Shown here: positions 22,330-29,010 of the stretch, piece by piece
How the letters are laid out: every line of letters starts with the position of its first letter
Position numbering within the stretch: the first letter of the stretch is position 1
From: Ginkgo biloba
Lineage: Eukaryota > Plantae > Ginkgophyta
Direction of reading: 5' to 3'
DNA: 29,010 bases
Assembly (NCBI GenBank): GCA_024626585.2
Contig: JANKJI020000004.1
Span: forward strand, 149,259,734-149,288,743
Program-made: the position numbers and the translations under genes
The notes under the pieces: generated by a model
Told to the model about the DNA's origin: nothing
The model's database searches: none
What the model saw: only the letters and a program-made list of their open reading frames with translations

Positions 22330-22565
22330 CAACCTTAGTNNNNNNNNNNNNNNNNNNNNNNNNNNNNNNNNNNNNNNNNNNNNNNNNNNNNNNNNNNNNN
22401 NNNNNNNNNNNNNNNNNNNNNNNNNNNNNNNNNNNNNNNTCCTTGTGAAATGTGCATGTGTATTTAATATTATTATTATGAATGCATATGGAACACTAAT
22501 GAATGTCTATCAACCCTTGTTGGTGGAGTGCGGGACTCACAAGGTACCCCATTTACCCCAACAGG

Positions 22566-22707
22566 AAACCCCAATCCTAAATAGAAACTGTCTATGATTA
22601 GTTGGTATGTGCAAAATAGCTAATCAGATATTGAATTATAAGAATTCAATCCTATTTTAATAATTATTTACTCACACATTTAATATTTGCTAACTAAATG
22701 TATCATA
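22566..22707. repeat. ~140-bp direct repeat, copy 2
   Basis: Diverged copy of 22189-22329 on the other side of a 100-N gap. Confidence 0.85.
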
Positions 22708-25700
22708 GGCCTTAGTTAAATTTACAATGAATAAGTGAGTAAATGACCAAAATATGGATGTGATGTATAGGAGGATGTGCAAAGATGGATGCACGAGAGA
22801 TCACCATTGGAACTATGTATAGTGGTAATTGTCCAATGTTATATAGTGAGTCCTTATACCCAAACTCATGATGTAGGAAGAGAAGTCTGATCCACATATG
22901 CATCTTGAGGGGTCATGGATTCAATGAATTATAGTTTGGATATCATTGTTTCTAGTAATGCTGACAAAGCAACCCCATCCCCATGAGTGCTTTGATACAA
23001 TCGTCTTTGTTTCAAAAGAGTTGGAAAAATCCACTTCTTTTAACTATCATTTCCTACCTTAAAGATGATTCCATGATCTCACCGCAGATTGAGACAACAT
23101 TGCCATGGCGATGGTGTATAGTTTATTAATTTGTTTGAGATTTATCCATCAAATCTTCATGGAGACATGTGATTCTATAGGATATTCAATCCCAGTCCCT
23201 TTCCCATTCATATAGGGATTTCCATCATGTGTAACTACAACAAAGCTAATCTGTTGGGTTGATATGGGCATTTCACAAGGCCTAGGACCGCCACTTATAC
23301 AAGGGCACTTTGTGGAGAGGAACCTTTCAATGGGTTAGTTTGGTCAAGCAAGTTGAAGATGTAGAAATCGAATAGTGACTCTTATTGTCTTTACAAACAA
23401 GATGGTGCTTGGGGCATATGATCCATTGATCACATCTTAGCAAATCCTAGCACATGCAAGCCCTTAGAATTGGTTAGGGAACTAGCATGCTCTATCTAGT
23501 GACATGGCCCTTAGATGTAGGTAGGTAAGGGGTACACATGCATTACACCTACTCACAATAAGTGGGATTGTTGACACATTACACTTCACATACCCATAGC
23601 AAGTGGCATTCTCTCCCTACACGACACTTCCCTTATGCTAGTAGGCATGAGGCATGCTTATATCTTACCTAACTATGACAAATGGGATTCTCCATCTTGA
23701 TGCTTGTCCTTCACATGCAAAAGATGAGAGATTGTTGCCAAACACAAGGAAAGGAAACTCTATTTATAGGAAGAATAAAGAGTAGGAAGCTTTAACTCAA
23801 GAGAAGGTACTCTTGAGCTCAAGAAGGTTCCCCTTTTTCAGTTTTTAGTTCAGGAAGATTAGTCCCTTTTAGGAGAAAGCTTCCACAGGAAAGAAAATTT
23901 CCATTGTACACGAGAGGAAGTAATACAATAAAATTATTTCTTTGATTCCAAGTATTCTACTTGTTTATAGTCATTTCATAGTATTGCTTTTAGTTTACAT
24001 GCATAGATAGGAAGGTTGCTTTCACCAAGTCTATTCTCAAAGGGAGAGAAAAAGACAAGTAGCCTAGTATTGTCGATTAGCTAACTACTAGTGAAATTAC
24101 AAGCCTAAGGTGTTTCTTGGCAATCTTTGATGGAAAATGTTTCCTTAATGTGCTTTTGAGTCAGAATCACTTCTCTTCATTTTGGTTGAGATTGTTCCCC
24201 TTTCAACAATCAACAATATTATATTCTAAGCCCCGTGCATCATTGGTCTCTTCTTAAACTTATCATACCTTCTCATAAGTTTGAGAGAATGGATGCTACT
24301 TTTCAATTGAAGTGATCATGGTTGAGCAACTCCATATATCTATCTATCTATATATGTATATTTTGAGAATACTAAATATATTATTTATTACTAATGCCGN
24401 NNNNNNNNNNNNNNNNNNNNNNNNNNNNNNNNNNNNNNNNNNNNNNNNNNNNNNNNNNNNNNNNNNNNNNNNNNNNNNNNNNNNNNNNNNNNNNNNNNNC
24501 TTCATGTTAATATAAGAAGCATTATTTCAAAAAAAAGAAAAAAATGGTAAAATTTATTAAGAAGGTTATTTTAAGATCTCCTAATAAGATTCATATGTGT
24601 ATGGACTAACTTACACATTTTAAATCACACTACACTTAAGAGGAGATATTTAATACCATAAGTTTGGTTGCCATAAAAGTAATATGCTTTTGATGAAAGA
24701 TCTTGTTATTTTTTGTACATCAAAATTAACTATAATATTGATCTGAATACCACCAATCATAATTGCTTGAGGAACTTTGAATAGGTAGGAGGAGGAGGAA
24801 TAATTATTGGCCAATCACATACTAGGTACATTTTGATATCTTGGTGTTTTTATTAAATTTAAGTCTAAAAGTTTTTTAGAGAAAAAAACATCACCTGCAT
24901 AGTTTGAAAGTTGATTTAAGTAGGAACAAGATCAAAAGATATAGATGAGTGTATCATTTTCATTCTTATAAGCTAGACATGGAAAAGGTCCTATAAGACC
25001 CATCTTTTTTAAAAGCATAGCTATTACAAAGGCATTCTTTTATTATATTCATCATAAGAACACGTTGTGTCCGAGTTGACCATATTTACAAATTCTAGAT
25101 AATCTTATGGACCTTTTGTATTTATTATTATTTCTTTCAAGGGAGAGGCCCTATAGATTATTATTATAATGATGTTATTGCCTACACATGCCCCTCCTTT
25201 TATACTTTTCTCTTGATTGGAAATTATATTCCCCTACGGAAGTAATCATTGAACACCTAAATATATTATTTACATTATCTCGATTGTGAAAGATTAATTA
25301 TATAATAACATGAGAAATTTTTTTACCATGGTGAACAATACATAGATTCTATATTCTATCTTTTTAAAGATAAAACACCTCCATCACTCCTATTCCAAGT
25401 ACTTGTGTGTTAAAATCACTCTCATTTCAAGAGGCATAATAAACCAGTGGGTCCATACCTATGACATAACAAGTCACTTGTATTTGAATGCATTCTTGCA
25501 ACTTCTTCATTTTATTCTTTCAAGGGAAATAAAATGGAATACTAATTGTTTTTCATTTTCTCTACACACCATACAACATAGTAGTATATGAATACTCTAA
25601 TTGCTATGTTGTCTAATAATAAATTTGAAAGGTGGTCTGTTCTTCATTTTAGTATTTACACAACCTAACATCACAAAAATGCTAAGTAAGAGTCTATCTT

Positions 25701-25899
25701 TTGGGGGATGAAGTAGCTAATAATTTGCTTTGCCTCATTTCATTCATTCGAATTGATCACAAGGAGCCAAGGCCATTGGAAGTCTGAATCAAATGGGTGA
25801 ATTTACATACATGGTTTATTATTGATTTGTTTTGCTTTATCATTTAATTTTTCATCATGCAATCATTTATGATATAATAGTAACAGTTATATCATCATC

Positions 25900-27702
25900 T
25901 AAAACGTGAGTTATGATGAGTGGCACATTGAAGATGTGATGAGCCAAAGGGGACTTAAGCACCTCGAGGGGTGCTCATTTGACCTAGGAACCTAAGAGGG
26001 ATGAGACCCAAGGGCTCAAAATTGAGTATAAAAGGAGGAGAACCAAGTGGAGGATAAGACTTCACTTAATTAGAGGTGGAGGATAATGCTTCACTTGACT
26101 TTAAATTCCTATCTTCAAAATCACCTAATTCTAGACTGGGTCTCTATTATAAAAAGGCATGAAGGTTGCTCATTGAAGTATGGTTCCTTAGAGTGTGTGA
26201 AGATTTGGCAAGAGAGGGCANNNNNNNNNNTCCTTTTTGTGAAGGCTCTTCCTCCTTTGTACTCTCTTGTTGAGTAATAGAAAGTTTCCATATTTTCCGT
26301 CCAATGATTCCTTGAGTATCTATTGTGATTGAGAGATCTTAGAATCTTGTGGGAATCTCTCAAATTTGGGTATTTATGTACGACTTCAAACTTACCCTTA
26401 GAAGCAAAAAGTGCTCAAAAGGTCAATAACCTCCAATCCAAAAAGTTTTAGGTCATATGCAAATCAAGGAAACTTTGTNNNNNNNNNNNNNNNNNNNNNN
26501 NNNNNNNNNNNNNNNNNNNNNNNNNNNNNNNNNNNNNNNNNNNNNNNNNNNNAGGACTTAAAAGCTTAAGGTTGTAAGGACACTAGCTTGAAAATTGAGG
26601 CAAAAGTTAATTTCTTAGATTGAGTCGAAATTCACTTGATAAGTATACTTTCTTATGTTGATCACTTTTGTCCCTTGACACTTTTTCTAATTTGGCATGG
26701 TTTGAGAGATACAAACCATTTTTAATTCAAGCCCTAAAAGGCGACACTAAGTGCCGTAAGTTTTAGACAATGTTTCCTCATCACNNNNNNNNNNNNNNNN
26801 NNNNNNNNNNNNNGGAGCAATTGGTCTTTGGTAAGAAGTTGAATTTTTTATTTTTGTTCTATCTCATTAATATTCCTTTATCCATGGTTTGTATGAGGTC
26901 TATGTCCAAGATTGTAGGCTTGAATACAAGAGTACCAAAATTAGTGAAAGGAATATAAGAAGGCTAGACCTCCATGGCTAGTTGGTTTGTTGTAGGGCCA
27001 ATGTCAAAAGATGAACAAGACTAGTTCGCTGAGTTAGAGGAGTATGTNNNNNNNNNNNNNNNNNNNNNNNNNNNNNNNNNNNNNNNNNNNNNNNNNNNNN
27101 NNNNNNNNNNNNNNNNNNNNNNNNNNNNNNNNNNNNNNNNNNNNNNNCCTAGATGATGATGGATACTGGTACCGTTGTGAGGAATGATAATCGGATAGGT
27201 TTGTACTAGCATTAGACAACTGAGGGTCAAGGGTCTCTTGGTAATGGAAAGAACCCTAGGCTTCCTTGGTAATGGGGGAAGTATGTAGGACCCTTGTCTT
27301 GAGGAGGGATCTTTCGGGAATTAGAGAGAGAGTCCTAGTGTCTAAAGGTAGACCTTGGCACTCTTCCTAGCTACAAGGGATGAACCCATGGAGACGGGGC
27401 TGAGGGTGAATCTTTATGGTGCCTTAGGTTTTGTAAGTAGCTATGGTGAAGTCCTCTGGGGGTTTTCTCAAGGCCAACAACAGGGGTATCTTGTCCTAGC
27501 CTTAACAGTCCTACCTTGAAGTTTGTATATGAGTCATACTTGATGTAATTAGGTCTTGTGTAATTGAATGTTATTGCAATTGATTATTTTGACTCATGAT
27601 ATTATGCTAAGTGCTTATTATATGTTGTGCTTATTTATTGATTATATTGATTTCTATGTAAATTGCTAATTATAGTTACAGGTTTAAGGTGGGGCTGTGA
27701 CA
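25900..27702 (+). repeat. LTR-like sequence ending in GGGGCTGTGACA
   Basis: TATAAAA boxes at ~26027 and ~26148, U5-like T-rich tracts, and a 3' terminus AAGGTGGGGCTGTGACA (27702) typical of gypsy LTR ends. The 5' boundary is undefined and the region is interrupted by gaps. Confidence 0.4.
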
Positions 27703-29010
27703 CCCTTAATTGATTCATGAAAGCAAAAAGTGTTGTTATATGGAATCAAGGACAACAAGATGCTTTCAACTTGTCAAAGCATAAGTTGTACACAACTCCA
27801 ACTTTGGCTATGCCAAATCTACAATTGTCTTTCGAGATAGAAGCAAATGCATTAGGACATGCCATTGGTACACAATTGGGCAAACTAGTTGCCTATGTCT
27901 ACATAGATGCAGTACAAAGTTGCAACACATATCATAAGGAGTTCTATGCCATAGTCCAAGCTCTTAAGCATTGAAAGCTCGATCTCCTTGGCAACGAAAC
28001 CATAACGCATTTAGACTATCGCCCACTTTAGTTTTTGCACTCTCAAACAAAATCAAAGAACCATCACCTTGTTAAGTGGATGGGGTGCCTTCAATAGTTT
28101 CACATTATCATTAAGAACAAAAAGGGGAGTACAAACAAAGTAGTTGATTTCCTTAAGTGTCCACCTATCCATTCTTGTTTGCATGTTATGGACAATAAGT
28201 GTCTTGGATTTTTGTGATGGAAGAATGTGTATGTAGAAGACTCAGATTTTGCTTCTATCATGGCTAGGCTTCACAAACCTATAGTAGAAAAGGGAGGATT
28301 CCATTTTATATTTATATCTCAAGGGTGGATTGATTTATAAGCTAAAATTACTATGTATTCTGTGTGGGAGTTTCAGAACACAGTTGATATGAGAGGCCCA
28401 TCATTCTAGAGTTGCAAGTCACTTTAGAGTGAAAAAAGACTCTAGCACAACTTCAACAATACTCCTATTGCCCTAGGATGCAAGTAGATGTTGAGCAGCA
28501 TATCAAATCTTATTCTTTATGTTGCATCTCCAAGCCTTCAATTAGAAAGCTTGGAAAGTATTAGCCTCTCCCCACTCCCAAAGGACCTTAGGAATCCATC
28601 TTGATGGGCTTCTTAGGAGGTTTGCCCACTACTTAGCATGGGCATAACTACACCTTTGTGGTTGTTTAAAGGTTCAGTAAAATGGCCATTCTTATAGCTA
28701 GCAAAAAGACCATATATGCATCATAAGTGGCCAAACTCTTCTTCATGCATATACGGGTTTATTATGGGTTGTCATCATCCATTGTTTCGAACAAGGATAG
28801 CAAGTTTCTCAGCGATTTTGGACCAACTAATGAAGCATGATGGGTGCCAAGCTAAAGAGATCAACCGCCTTCCATCTACAAACTAATGGTTAGACATAGG
28901 TGGTCAACTGAACACTTGTGTGTAATCATCAACAATTCAAGACATGGGACGAGTCTTTGCCTTACATTCAACACAGCTACAATAGGGCTATGCATCGCTC
29001 TATTGGGGTC
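27703..29010 (+). mobile_element. Degenerate Ty3/gypsy (chromovirus-type) pol: RNase H and integrase, running off the window end
   Basis: WNQGQQDAF..KL.TTPTLAMPN...FEIEANA, TYHKEFYAIVQALKH, KKGSTNKVVD, EAHHSRVASHF, FLGGLPTT, RFSKMAIL, STAFHLQTNG, WDESLPYIQHSYNRAMH. Many stops and frameshifts. Confidence 0.92.

Noticed and set aside
23400-24250. LTR-like segment with TATTTATA box and small hairpin CTCAAGAG...CTCTTGAG (23796-23817)
   Set aside because: No termini, PBS or PPT could be defined, and an 8-bp stem is expected by chance.
1-29010. CRISPR arrays, rRNA/tRNA genes, prokaryotic operons
   Set aside because: None seen; the spliceosomal introns and plant retroelements show this is plant nuclear DNA.

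Overview
AT-rich, repeat-dense eukaryotic land-plant DNA, probably from a gymnosperm or other non-angiosperm seed plant (inferred from the ASCL residue pattern, the Tat-like retroelement and TE-filled introns). The assembly is fragmented: 12 gaps are exactly 100 N, and there are smaller gaps as well. Three nuclear gene loci lie on the + strand. (1) An anther-specific chalcone synthase-like type III PKS (ASCL, LAP6/PKSA-like; 9154-11433). Its 5' two thirds are intact, while its 3' third has a frameshift and three stops and is cut off at a probable LTR end. (2) A two-exon tetraspanin pseudogene remnant (12570-13097) whose GCCKPP signature has been erased by C>T/G>A transitions. (3) The first five coding exons of an apparently intact O-fucosyltransferase family gene (OFUT27/EDA30 clade; ~14556-18699), whose 3' half is not in the window. 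The rest is decayed retroelements: Ty3/gypsy protease, Tat-like RT-RNaseH-integrase with an antisense extra ORF, chromovirus-type pol, a copia 3' end with LTR, an L1 LINE, and LTR-like repeats. I found no convincing new biological system. The most interesting signals are the sharp intact/decayed boundary inside the ASCL gene, the deamination-erased tetraspanin, and the antisense retroelement ORF. All family assignments come from manual translation and remembered consensus motifs, not database searches.
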